Notes under the pieces: generated by a model
Databases searched by the model: none
Told to the model about the DNA's origin: nothing
The model's input: only the letters and a program-made list of their open reading frames with translations
Shown here: positions 19,062 to 28,198 of the stretch, piece after piece
How positions within the stretch are numbered: the first letter of the stretch is position 1
How the letters are laid out: each line of letters opens with the position of its first letter
Program-made: the position numbers and the translations under genes
Source: Solirubrobacteraceae bacterium
GTDB taxonomy: Bacteria > Actinomycetota > Thermoleophilia > Solirubrobacterales > Solirubrobacteraceae
Assembly (NCBI GenBank): GCA_052145475.1
Contig: JBKQOO010000086.1
Coordinates: 21,360-85,359 of the forward strand
Direction of reading: 5' to 3'
DNA length: 64,000 nt

Positions 19062-19078
19062 TCCCCCGGTCCGGGTGA
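19062..19078. promoter_or_regulatory. TCAYCC-N5-GGRTGA-type palindrome upstream of cydA
   Basis: TCCCCC GGTCC GGGTGA. Confidence 0.5.
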
Positions 19079-19090
19079 CGCGGTGACCGA

Positions 19091-19528
19091 TCAGCGCCGG
19101 CGCGTGCCGCGCAGCAGCACGTCGTGACCGCTCAGCTCGACGCCCAGGCGCTCCCCGACCGCATCGATCGCCCGCTCCAGCGTCTCGTCGGCGAAGGCCT
19201 CGACCTCGCCGGTGCTCTCGTCCACGAAATGGTGGTGATGGTGGCGCTCCGGATCGGCGATCTCGAAGCGGGCGACGCCGTCGCGGCCGTCCAGGCGGTG
19301 CAGCAGGGCGAGCTCGTAGAGCTCGTCGACCACGCGATACACCGAGGCGGCCGACCCGACACCCTGTGGGCGCAGGCGAGCGGTGATCTCCTGCGCGCTC
19401 AGCAGGCACTGGCCCTCGCGAGCGAGCAACTCGATCACCGCCGTGCGAGCCGCGCCGGAGCGCAGGCCGGCGCGCGCCACCTGCTGCTGGGCGTACTCGA
19501 GCCAACGGTCGCGCAGCTCCGGGTCCAT
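19091..19528 (-). CDS. Fur family transcriptional regulator (Zur/Mur-like)
   Basis: LSAQEI, ASVYRVV, RFE...HHHHHFVD..TGEVEAF, GHDVLLRG; divergent from a metal ABC importer. Confidence 0.9.
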   Translation of the reverse strand: MDPELRDRWLEYAQQQVARAGLRSGAARTAVIELLAREGQCLLSAQEITARLRPQGVGSAASVYRVVDELYELALLHRLDGRDGVARFEIADPERHHHHHFVDESTGEVEAFADETLERAIDAVGERLGVELSGHDVLLRGTRRR

Positions 19529-19552
19529 GGCGGGACAGTCTAGCCAGTCTAG

Positions 19553-19570
19553 ATGAGAATCAGACTCAAT
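19553..19570. promoter_or_regulatory. Fur/Zur-type box ATGAGAATCAGACTCAAT
   Basis: AT-rich TGAG-N7-CTCA inverted repeat resembling the TGAnAATnATTnTCA Fur-family box, between regulator and importer. Confidence 0.7.
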
Positions 19571-19638
19571 ACTATGTTATGGTCTCCGGTGCCGTTGCCG
19601 AGGTGCCGCGCCGTCAACGATCCGATCGAGGTTTGCCG

Positions 19639-20601
19639 ATGACATTCGCCGCTCGCCCTGTCCGCTCCCGGCTCCTCGCGCGGGCCCTGAGCGTGCCCGT
19701 CGTGCTGCTCGCCGTCGTGCTCGCCGGATGCGGGGGAAGCTCCTCGCCCTCCGCCGGGGCAAGCTCCGGCACCGCTCAGATCGATGCCGTCGGTGCCGAG
19801 AACGAGTACGCGAACGTGATCGAGCAGATCGGCGGCAGGTATGTGAAGGTCACCGCGATCGAGAGCGACCCGAACACCGACCCGCACACCTTCGAAGCGA
19901 GCCCCAGCGTCGCGCAGACCGTCAGCGCGGCCAGCCTCTTGATCGAAAACGGGGTCGGCTACGACACGTGGATGGAAAAGATCGAGTCGGCGTCGCCGAG
20001 CTCCTCGAGGAAGGTCATCAACGTCCAGCATCTGCTCGGTCTCCCGGATTCCACCCCGAACCCGCACCTCTGGTACAAACCGGAAACGATGCCGGCGGTC
20101 GCCAAGGCGCTGGTCAGCGACCTGTCCGCCCTGCAGCCCGCGCACGCGGCGTACTTCCAGGAAAACGCCAAGAAGTTCGAAGAATCGCTGAAGCCGTGGT
20201 ACGCGGCGATCTCGAAGTTCAAGGAAACCTACCCGTACACGCCGGTCGCGACGACCGAGCCGGTCGGCGACTACATGCTCGAAGCGGCTGGGACCAGGAA
20301 CATGACGCCGTTCACGCTGCAGGCCGCGATCATGAACGGCACCGACCCGGCACCGCAGAACGTGACACTTCAGAACTCTCTGTTCACAGGACATCACGTG
20401 AAGGTGTTCGTCTACAACCAGCAGGTCACCGACTCGTTGACCGAGTCCTTCAAAGCGGCTGCTGTGGCTCACGACATCCCGGTCGTGGGGGTCTACGAGA
20501 CGATGCCGACCCCGGGCTATGACTACCAGTCGTGGATGCTCGCCGAGGTCAACGCGCTGGAACAGGCCGTCGCGCACGGCACCTCGACCGAAAAGCTGTG
20601 A
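19639..20601 (+). CDS. Zn/Mn ABC transporter substrate-binding lipoprotein
   Basis: Lipobox LAGC; DPHTFE, NPHLW, ATTEPV motifs. Confidence 0.92.
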   Translation: MTFAARPVRSRLLARALSVPVVLLAVVLAGCGGSSSPSAGASSGTAQIDAVGAENEYANVIEQIGGRYVKVTAIESDPNTDPHTFEASPSVAQTVSAASLLIENGVGYDTWMEKIESASPSSSRKVINVQHLLGLPDSTPNPHLWYKPETMPAVAKALVSDLSALQPAHAAYFQENAKKFEESLKPWYAAISKFKETYPYTPVATTEPVGDYMLEAAGTRNMTPFTLQAAIMNGTDPAPQNVTLQNSLFTGHHVKVFVYNQQVTDSLTESFKAAAVAHDIPVVGVYETMPTPGYDYQSWMLAEVNALEQAVAHGTSTEKL

Positions 20602-21455
20602 GCCGGGACGGGACACCCGTGAGCGAGGACATCCTCTCGGTGCAGGGAGTCAGCGTGCGGCTGGCAGGCCGCACCGTCCTCGACGGGGTGAGCTTCAAGA
20701 TCGCGCCCGGAGAGTTCACGGGCCTGATCGGATCGAACGGGGCGGGAAAGACGACGCTGTTTCGGGTGATACTGGGCCTGCAGGCGCCGAGCGCCGGACG
20801 GGTGCTTTTTGGAGGGCCCGCCCACCCCCACGAGCAGGGGCGCCGCCAGCGGCTGGTCGGCTATGTGCCACAGAAGTTCCTGCTCGACCCCGACGTTCCG
20901 CTGCGCGCACGTGATCTCGTCGCGCTGGGGATCGACGCGAACCGTCTCGGCCTGCCACGGCCGTCCCGTGCCCGGCGGGCGCTGGTGGAGGAGATGCTGC
21001 ACGCCGTCGATGCCACCCGCTTCGCCGACACGCGCGTCGGCAAGCTCTCCGGCGGTGAGCAGCAGCGGATCCTGATCGCCCACGCGCTGATCGCGCGGCC
21101 GCGCCTGCTGCTCCTCGACGAGCCGCTCGCGAACCTCGACCTCGGCAGCGCCCAGGAGGTCGTCGCCCTGCTCGCGCGCATCTCTCGCGAGCAGAGAGTC
21201 GCCGTTCTGATCTCCGCGCACGAGATCAACCCGCTGCTGCCGGTCATGGACCGGATCGTCTACCTGGCCGCCGGCCGCGCGGCCAGCGGAACCACAGAGG
21301 AGATCGTCCGCGCCGATGTCCTCAGCGCGCTCTACGGCCATCACGTCGACGTCCTCCATGTCCACGGCCGCGTGCTGATCGTCGCCGGCGCCGGCGAGGA
21401 CACCGATCTGAGCGGCCACGAGGGCGTCTTTCCCGGAGCCGGGGTCCTGTCGTGA
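20598..21455 (+). CDS. Metal ABC transporter ATP-binding protein
   Basis: GSNGAGKT, GYVPQ, LSGGEQQR, LLLDEP. Confidence 0.93.
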   Translation: MSRDGTPVSEDILSVQGVSVRLAGRTVLDGVSFKIAPGEFTGLIGSNGAGKTTLFRVILGLQAPSAGRVLFGGPAHPHEQGRRQRLVGYVPQKFLLDPDVPLRARDLVALGIDANRLGLPRPSRARRALVEEMLHAVDATRFADTRVGKLSGGEQQRILIAHALIARPRLLLLDEPLANLDLGSAQEVVALLARISREQRVAVLISAHEINPLLPVMDRIVYLAAGRAASGTTEEIVRADVLSALYGHHVDVLHVHGRVLIVAGAGEDTDLSGHEGVFPGAGVLS

Positions 21456-22372
21456 GCCACTTCCTGTCCCCGATCTTCGCCCCCGGCTTCTTCGAAAGCG
21501 AAGCCGTGCACATCGCCCTCGGAGTCGGGGCGCTCGTCGCGGTCGTCACCGCCGTGGTCGGCCTGTTCACCGTCATGCGCGGCCAGTCCTTCGCCGGCGA
21601 GGCGTTCGGCGACCTCGGCACCACCGGCGGCGCGGGCGCTTATCTCGTCGGTGTCGGGCCGCTGTGGGGGTTCGTGCTGGGAAACGTGATCGCGGCGGGT
21701 GCGATGGAGGCGATCGGCGTGCAGCGCGCACGCGGACGCGATCTGGCCACCGGGATAGTGCTCGGCGCCGGGATCGGCCTCGCGGCCCTGTTCCTGCATC
21801 TGTACACGACCGGACACAGCACCACCGGAGCGACCGTCACGATCCTGTTCGGCTCGGTGTTCGCAATCTCGAGTTCGACGATCCCGCTGATCCTGCTGCT
21901 GAGCGCCGTCGTGCTCGCGATCACGCTCACGATCTATCGTCCGCTGCTGCTCAGCTCCGTGAACGCCGAGATGGCATCGGCCCGCGGAATCCCGGTGCGG
22001 CTCGTCGGCGTGCTCTACCTGCTCGCGCTCGCGCTCGCGGCAGCGCTCGCGGCGATCACGATCGGCACGATCCTCTCAACCGCCCTCATCGTCGGACCGG
22101 CAGCCAGCGCGCTACGAATCACCAGACGCCCGCTCACCGCGCTGCTGACCGCGGCGGGTATCGGCATCGGCGCCATGTGGCTCGGCGTCGTCCTGGCCTA
22201 CGACAGCTACCACTGGCCGCCGCACGGGACCATCTGGCCCGTGAGCTTCTTCGTCGTGACGCTTGTTTTCATCACCTACCTCCTGTCCGGGCTCCCCGAA
22301 GCCAGACGCCGCCGGCGAGCAGACCGGACCCCGTCCGCGTACCCGGCTGGACAGCCGGTGGCCAGCAGCTAG
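21452..22372 (+). CDS. Metal ABC transporter permease 1
   Basis: VMRGQSFAGEA, ILFGSV, YRPLLLSS..EMASARGI. Confidence 0.92.
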   Translation: MSHFLSPIFAPGFFESEAVHIALGVGALVAVVTAVVGLFTVMRGQSFAGEAFGDLGTTGGAGAYLVGVGPLWGFVLGNVIAAGAMEAIGVQRARGRDLATGIVLGAGIGLAALFLHLYTTGHSTTGATVTILFGSVFAISSSTIPLILLLSAVVLAITLTIYRPLLLSSVNAEMASARGIPVRLVGVLYLLALALAAALAAITIGTILSTALIVGPAASALRITRRPLTALLTAAGIGIGAMWLGVVLAYDSYHWPPHGTIWPVSFFVVTLVFITYLLSGLPEARRRRRADRTPSAYPAGQPVASS

Positions 22373-22382
22373 GGCGCACACC

Positions 22383-23228
22383 GTGTTCTCCGGTTTCATG
22401 GTCAACGCCTGGGAGGTCGCGAGCATCGTCGCGGTCGTCGCGGGCGTCGTGGGGTTCTTCACCGTTCTGCGCGGATCGGCGTTCGCCGCGCACGCTATCC
22501 CCAACGGGTCCTTCGCCGGCGCCGCGGGCGCCATCCTGATCGGCGCGTCCACGCTCCTCGGGCTCGGTGTCTTCTCGCTCGGCGGCGCCATGACGATCGG
22601 CCTGCTCGGTCGCAAAGGACGCCACGACGTCGCAACGGCCCTCACGCTCGTGGCGATGCTCGCGCTCGGCGCGCTGTTCTTGAGCTTCAGCGTCGAGTAC
22701 GCACCCGAGGTCTACTCGCTGCTGTTCGGCGAGGTCCTCGGAATCAGCCCCAACGAGATCGCGCCGACCGCGATCCTCGGTGCCCTCTGCATCCTCGCCA
22801 TCGCCGTCCTCTACCGGCCGCTGCTGCTCGCCTCCGTCCTGCCGGAAGTAGGAGAGGCACGCGGCATCAGCAGCTTCGGCATGGAGATGCTCTTCCTCGC
22901 CGTCCTCGCGCTGGCAACGACGATGACGGTGCCGGTCGTCGGGACACTGCTGATCTTCAGCCTCATGATCGGCGGGCCCGCGGCCGCCCGCTCGTTCACC
23001 GACCGCCCGTTGCCGGCGATGGCGCTGTCCGTGGCAATCGCGCTGCTGATCGTGTGGGGCTCGATAGCCGCCTCCTATGAAACGAACTACCCGGTCGGGT
23101 TCTTCGTCGGCTGCGGCAGTGCGCTGGCCTATGCGATCGGGCGCCTGTGGGCCGGATTGCAAGGCCGGCGCGGCGGCCGACCGGGAGCGAAGCCGATCGG
23201 CGACAGGATCAGCTCGGTTGCGGGCTGA
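22383..23228 (+). CDS. Metal ABC transporter permease 2
   Basis: VLRGSAFAAHA, LLFGEVLGI, YRPLLLAS. Confidence 0.92.
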   Translation: MFSGFMVNAWEVASIVAVVAGVVGFFTVLRGSAFAAHAIPNGSFAGAAGAILIGASTLLGLGVFSLGGAMTIGLLGRKGRHDVATALTLVAMLALGALFLSFSVEYAPEVYSLLFGEVLGISPNEIAPTAILGALCILAIAVLYRPLLLASVLPEVGEARGISSFGMEMLFLAVLALATTMTVPVVGTLLIFSLMIGGPAAARSFTDRPLPAMALSVAIALLIVWGSIAASYETNYPVGFFVGCGSALAYAIGRLWAGLQGRRGGRPGAKPIGDRISSVAG

Positions 23229-23302
23229 TGCGCACCCGGTTGGCGATCGTGCCCACGGCTGGCGATCCCCGACATCGACTGATCCGGCTTCCGCCGGGAG
23301 CG

Positions 23303-25153
23303 CTACTTGGTCTTCAGCTTCTTGTCCTTGCCCTCGCTCGTCCCGGATGCGTCGGTCGCGACGATCCGGAAGTGGTAGGCCGTCTTTGCGGAGAGGCCCG
23401 CGACGGTCGCCGACACGGCGACGGCGGCTGTCCCCGAGCCGGGAAGCGACGCGCAAGGGCGGCTCTCGCCGTATGCCGTGCTCGTCCCGTATTCGAAAGT
23501 GCACGCGGTGACCGGTTCGCCGTTCGGATTCACGGTCGCGTTGAGCACCGCGCCGCCGGCTCCCACCGAGCTTGCCGCCTTGGTGAGCGCCGTTGGCGCC
23601 CGCTGTGAGGGACCGCCGAAGGCGCTCAATCCGTTCGGTGCGCCGACACCGGACGGACCGTCGAAGCCCGTCGCAGCGTCGCAGGCGGTCGTCCCCTGGC
23701 AGTCGACGTCGCCGAGCAGTTCGTTGACTTCCGGCTCGCCGCACGGGCCGTTCGCCTCAGCGTCGCAGTACCCGTTGCCGCCCTCCGTGACGTCGTAGAG
23801 CGCCGAGCTCTCGCCGAGGTGGCCGTAGAGGGTCGCCGCCGGGTACGCGGCTTCGTGGGAGCCTCCGGCGAGGGCGAACAGGGCGGCTATCAGCGGCGAG
23901 GACAGCGAGGTGCCTCCGACGGTCAGCCAGCCGGGGGTGAATCCTTCGGCGTAGACGTAGCTGTCGTAGATGTCGAAGCCGGTGTATGGGTCGGCGACCG
24001 CCGAGACGTCGTTGTCGAGTCGGCTCGTCCCGCACCCGGTGCTCGACCATCCCGCCGCTCCCTGCTGCCAGGCCGGCGCGGTGAATCGGGTGCTGCACCC
24101 TCCGCCCGTGCCGCTGAACTGTTTGAATTCGCCCGCCGACGACGGCCGGCCGCTGTCGTTCCACACGGTCTCCTTCGCGCGCGTCCCGTTCGTGGCGAGC
24201 TTGAGCGAGGTTCCACCCACGGCGACAACCGCGGGCAGCGCCGCGGGGACGTCGGGCACTTCGGGTGTCGCGAACGTCGCGGCGAGGTCATCCCAATCGA
24301 GGTAGCCGGAATCGCCGGCGGCCGCAGCGATGACGGTCCCGGGATGCTGGTAAGCGGCCTGTTCGACGGGCCCCATTTCGGTCTCGGGCGCACCGTAGGA
24401 GTGGGAGACCTCTCCGGCGCCCAGGTCCACAGCCTCGTCCACGGCGCCCGCCAGGTCGGCAAGGCTTTCCGAATCGGCCTCGACGACGAGGAGCTTGCAG
24501 GCGGGGCACACGCTATGGACCGTCTCGACGTCGAGCGACATCTCCACCGACCAGCCGACCGTGTCCGCTGCGGGCAACGGGGCGGGCTCACCTTCCTGGT
24601 TGACCTCCTGCAAGCACCCGTCGGCCGCCGTGCACGCCGCCAGGCCGTAGTGCGCGTCGAAGCTCGCCAGGTCCGCTTCGAGGTTCGGGTCATCGAACGC
24701 GTCGACGATCGCCACTGTCTGTCCACTTCCACCCGACGTGGGCGTGTAGCCGTACGCGCTCGCAAGATCATCCGGGGTCAGCCCACCGGCGGGTCCCGTG
24801 GATCGCGATCCCGCGCCGAGCGAATATGACCGCGCGCCGGGTGCCGCGGCACTCGCCGGGACGAGCGCCAGGGCAAGGCAGCTCGCGTCGCCACGCTGCG
24901 GTGGGGGACAGATCTGCCGCACGGTCGCGTAGTGCGTCGGTCCCGGCGCCGTCGCGGAGGTGGTCGAGGCCGCTTGCGGTGCGGCGGCCGCGGCGCTCGC
25001 CAATGACCCGCCCGACGCCAGGGCCGCTGTCACGACCAGCGCCGCCCATCGCAACTGGTTCCGCCACTGGAGCACGAGGGGACTCAAGCTACTCCCGCCC
25101 GCCGCCCGCGCAAGCGTCACTGGACACCTTGGCAGTGTGTGACCCGACGACAC
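23303..25153 (-). CDS. Secreted S53 (sedolisin-like) peptidase with a C-terminal beta-sandwich domain
   Basis: Catalytic EMSLD, AAGDSG, GGTSLS; C-terminal AVLNATVNPNG...FEYGTSTAYG...YHFRIVA; start uncertain. Confidence 0.85.
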   Translation of the reverse strand: MSSGHTLPRCPVTLARAAGGSSLSPLVLQWRNQLRWAALVVTAALASGGSLASAAAAAPQAASTTSATAPGPTHYATVRQICPPPQRGDASCLALALVPASAAAPGARSYSLGAGSRSTGPAGGLTPDDLASAYGYTPTSGGSGQTVAIVDAFDDPNLEADLASFDAHYGLAACTAADGCLQEVNQEGEPAPLPAADTVGWSVEMSLDVETVHSVCPACKLLVVEADSESLADLAGAVDEAVDLGAGEVSHSYGAPETEMGPVEQAAYQHPGTVIAAAAGDSGYLDWDDLAATFATPEVPDVPAALPAVVAVGGTSLKLATNGTRAKETVWNDSGRPSSAGEFKQFSGTGGGCSTRFTAPAWQQGAAGWSSTGCGTSRLDNDVSAVADPYTGFDIYDSYVYAEGFTPGWLTVGGTSLSSPLIAALFALAGGSHEAAYPAATLYGHLGESSALYDVTEGGNGYCDAEANGPCGEPEVNELLGDVDCQGTTACDAATGFDGPSGVGAPNGLSAFGGPSQRAPTALTKAASSVGAGGAVLNATVNPNGEPVTACTFEYGTSTAYGESRPCASLPGSGTAAVAVSATVAGLSAKTAYHFRIVATDASGTSEGKDKKLKTK

Positions 25154-25214
25154 TGCGGATCGGCTCTACGCGGTCAGGGCGACTGCGTCGATGCCGAGGA
25201 CCGATCGTGCCGGC

Positions 25215-26078
25215 TCAGGTATCGGTGACGCTTGGCTGCATCGTCGCCGGCGCCGTCCTCGTGAGTGCCACGACCCCCGCGCACATCACGATGAAACCGA
25301 GCACGGCTGCCGCGATCGCGACCGGGCCGCGCGTGTAGCGCTCCTGGAAGAGCCAGATGCTGAGAACGACGCTGAGCGAGGGGTCGACGATCACCAGCAG
25401 CGGCTGGGACACGCTGAGCGGGCCGACGTGAAGGGCCGCCTGCGCGAGGACGATCCCCGCCACCCCTCCGGCCGCCACCGCGTACACCGGCCAGTGGCTG
25501 AACATCGCGGCGAGCCCCGATTCGGTCAGGGTCTCGGTGGCCGTCTTGATGAACGTCGCCTCGAGGGCGAAGACGATCGCGGCCGCAGTCGCATACAGCG
25601 CTGCTCGACGCCTCGGTGACCCCCAGCGAGCGGCCACGCTCATCCCCGCCGCCGCACCGCCGAACACAGCCAGAACCGCGGCCCAGGCGTGCACGGTCGG
25701 AGTGGGTGAGCCGCCCTGAGGCTGGTCGACGAGCACGAAGGTCGCGAGCCCGGCGCAGGTGAGCGCGGCCGAAGCCCACGCGGCCGCACGGATCGTCTGG
25801 CCGATCCAGACCTTGCGCACGAGCAGGCCGAAGACGAGCTCGGTCACGAGCAGCGCCTGCACGATCGAAAGCTGGCCGTTGTTCAGAGCCGCCGCCTGAA
25901 AGACGAATGCCGCAATCGCCGCTGTCCATCCGAACAGCCACAGCGGGCTGCGCAGGAGATAGCCGACCAGTCGCAGTCCCGACGCCCTGCCCACGCGCCC
26001 GCGGGTGCTTGCGACGTGCTGCGTGGCCACGTACAGCGCGTTGGACAGCGCCGCGCACAGCGCAAAGACGGTGCTCAC
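25215..26078 (-). CDS. DMT family transporter
   Basis: ALCAALSNA, RSPLWLFG, FQAAALNNGQLSIVQALL, GPLSVSQP. Confidence 0.85.
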   Translation of the reverse strand: MSTVFALCAALSNALYVATQHVASTRGRVGRASGLRLVGYLLRSPLWLFGWTAAIAAFVFQAAALNNGQLSIVQALLVTELVFGLLVRKVWIGQTIRAAAWASAALTCAGLATFVLVDQPQGGSPTPTVHAWAAVLAVFGGAAAGMSVAARWGSPRRRAALYATAAAIVFALEATFIKTATETLTESGLAAMFSHWPVYAVAAGGVAGIVLAQAALHVGPLSVSQPLLVIVDPSLSVVLSIWLFQERYTRGPVAIAAAVLGFIVMCAGVVALTRTAPATMQPSVTDT

Positions 26079-26104
26079 GCGGGGAGCTGTGGCGCGCGCC
26101 GGCC

Positions 26105-27010
26105 CTAGCTGCCGGTCGCCGTCGCCCCACTGACGGGGCGCCAGCCAGCCTCGTACACGGCTCCGAGGTCCTCGTCGGCGTGTTCTCTGGCGGCGGCCGA
26201 GACGCACTCGCGGGTGGTGTCGAGGACCGGCATCTCAGCGCCGGAAGCCGCCTCGACCTCGCCGACCAGTTCGAGGTCCTTGAGTGCGAGGCGCACAGGA
26301 AAGCCCGGCGGATATTCATGGCTGCGCATCTCTGAGAGCTTTTCGCGAATGTAGGGAGAGCCGAGCGGGCCATCGTCGAGCAGTTCGACGAATGGCTGCT
26401 GGTCCAGGCCCATCGCCTCGCACAGATGCATCGTCTCCGCGACCGCCGTGACGGAGGCGATCATCCAGTGGTTCGCTGCCAGCTTCAGGCGTGAGCCCAT
26501 GCCCGCCTGGCCGACCCACATCACCCTCGAGCTGAGGGCGGCGAAGACCGGCTGCAGCTGCTCGCGTACCGAGTCGGGTCCGGAAGCGAGGATCGTCAGC
26601 CGACCCTCCTGCGCGGGGTGCGTGCTACCCGAGACCGGCGCATCGACGATCGTCACGCCATTTTCCTGTGCGACGCGGGTGAGCTGATCGGCCTCGCCGG
26701 CGCCGACGCTGCTCATCTGCACCCAGATGGTTCCCTCGGGCCAGTCGGAGAGAAGGGGCTCGACGACGCTGAGGACGACCTGGGCGGTGGGGAGCATCGT
26801 GATCACGATCGACGCGTCCGCCACGACCTCCTCGGGGGAACGGGCGGCCGTTCCGCCCGCCTCCTCCAGCGCGCTGACGTGCTCTGCCGTGTGGTCCCAC
26901 GCGATCACGTCGATGCCCTGTTCGAGCATCCGCGTGGCCATCGCCGAGCCCATCAGGCCGGTCCCGAGCATCCCCACTCGCGGCTTCTTCGTGTCGGTCT
27001 CCGCGGCCAA
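26105..27010 (-). CDS. NAD(P)-dependent beta-hydroxyacid dehydrogenase (3-hydroxyisobutyrate DH family)
   Basis: GTGLMGSAMA, VDAPVSGS, GSRLKLAAN, FPVRLALKDL; RBS GAGGAGG before TTG. Confidence 0.9.
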   Translation of the reverse strand: MAAETDTKKPRVGMLGTGLMGSAMATRMLEQGIDVIAWDHTAEHVSALEEAGGTAARSPEEVVADASIVITMLPTAQVVLSVVEPLLSDWPEGTIWVQMSSVGAGEADQLTRVAQENGVTIVDAPVSGSTHPAQEGRLTILASGPDSVREQLQPVFAALSSRVMWVGQAGMGSRLKLAANHWMIASVTAVAETMHLCEAMGLDQQPFVELLDDGPLGSPYIREKLSEMRSHEYPPGFPVRLALKDLELVGEVEAASGAEMPVLDTTRECVSAAAREHADEDLGAVYEAGWRPVSGATATGS

Positions 27011-27133
27011 GGCCCCGCCTCCTCTCGATCGGCCAGTTCCGAAAGGGAAACTAGCGCGCACCCCCAGACAGCACAAGAGCAGGATCGGGGGGTCGAGCGG
27101 GACTCCGGGCTCGGCCGTTCGGCGGGAGCGATC

Positions 27134-27169
27134 ACCAGGTATCCGACCAGGGCATACACGGGCGCGACC
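27134..27169 (+). promoter_or_regulatory. Three-part motif copy 1 (ACCAGGTATCCGACCAGGGCATACACGGGCGCG)
   Basis: Shared with 46461-46496(-), 56809-56844(+) and 62233-62268(-). Confidence 0.65.
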
Positions 27170-27271
27170 GGCGGTCATCGCGCATGAGTCTGCGCCTCAG
27201 AAGCACCAACAGAGGACGGGAAGCCGGCAAGCTCGGCGATCACGGCGCGATCGACCAACCAGGAGGATCAG

Positions 27272-28198
27272 ATGGCCACCAGTCATCCCAGCGGTGCAGC
27301 GATCTCCGCGCTCGACCGCGCGACCGTCTGGATCAACTCCGAGCCACTCACGGCCGGCGCGTTGCGCGGACGGGTCGTTCTCATCGACTTCTGGACGTAC
27401 TCGTGCGTCAACTGGCTGCGGACCCTGCCGTACCTCACTGCCTGGGATCAGAGCTATCGCGATCGCGGGCTCGTGCTCGTCGGCGCACACGCGCCCGAGT
27501 TCGGATTCGAGCACGATCTCGACAACGTCCAACGCGCGGTGGGCGAGCTCGGCGTGGGCTATCCGGTCGTCATCGACAACGACTTCACGATCTGGCGGTC
27601 GTTCGAGAACCACTACTGGCCGGCCGCTTACCTGGTCGATCGAGGCGGCCAGATCCGCTTCAGCCATTTCGGCGAGGGCGCCTACGAGGAGACCGAGCGC
27701 GCGCTCCAGGGGCTGTTGGGGATCGACGAGGCAACCGTGGGCGTCGACGCCGGCGGGCTCGCCGAGGCCGCCGACCTCGACAGGCTGAGATCTCCGGAGA
27801 CCTACCTCGGCTACGCCCGCGGCGAACGCCGGCGCGACACGCGCGAGAGACGGCTCGCGCTGAACCAGTGGGCACTCGACGGGGAGTGGTCGGTCAGGGA
27901 GGAGGCCGCCGTGCTCGAAGCCGGCGCGGGCTCGCTCGAGTACCGCTTCCAGGCTCGCGACGTCAACGTCGTCCTCGCGCCGCCGGTCGCCGGTTCTCCC
28001 GTTCGGTTCGTGGTGCGCCTCGACGGCCAGCCGCCCGGCGATGCCCACGGCCTCGACGTCGAGGCGTCCGGAGAGGGCACCGTCTCCGAGCCGCGGATGC
28101 ACCAGCTGGTACGCGACCGATCGGCACACGCCGAGCGCGACTTCGAGATCACGTTCCTGGACCCGGGCGTGCGCGCTTACGTGCTGACCTTCGGCTGA
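27272..28198 (+). CDS. Stand-alone DipZ-like redoxin (thioredoxin-like plus C-terminal beta domain)
   Basis: LRGRVVLIDFWTYSCVNW, HAPEFGFE, NHYWPA, HFGEGAY, SPETYLGY, YVLTFG. Confidence 0.88.
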   Translation: MATSHPSGAAISALDRATVWINSEPLTAGALRGRVVLIDFWTYSCVNWLRTLPYLTAWDQSYRDRGLVLVGAHAPEFGFEHDLDNVQRAVGELGVGYPVVIDNDFTIWRSFENHYWPAAYLVDRGGQIRFSHFGEGAYEETERALQGLLGIDEATVGVDAGGLAEAADLDRLRSPETYLGYARGERRRDTRERRLALNQWALDGEWSVREEAAVLEAGAGSLEYRFQARDVNVVLAPPVAGSPVRFVVRLDGQPPGDAHGLDVEASGEGTVSEPRMHQLVRDRSAHAERDFEITFLDPGVRAYVLTFG

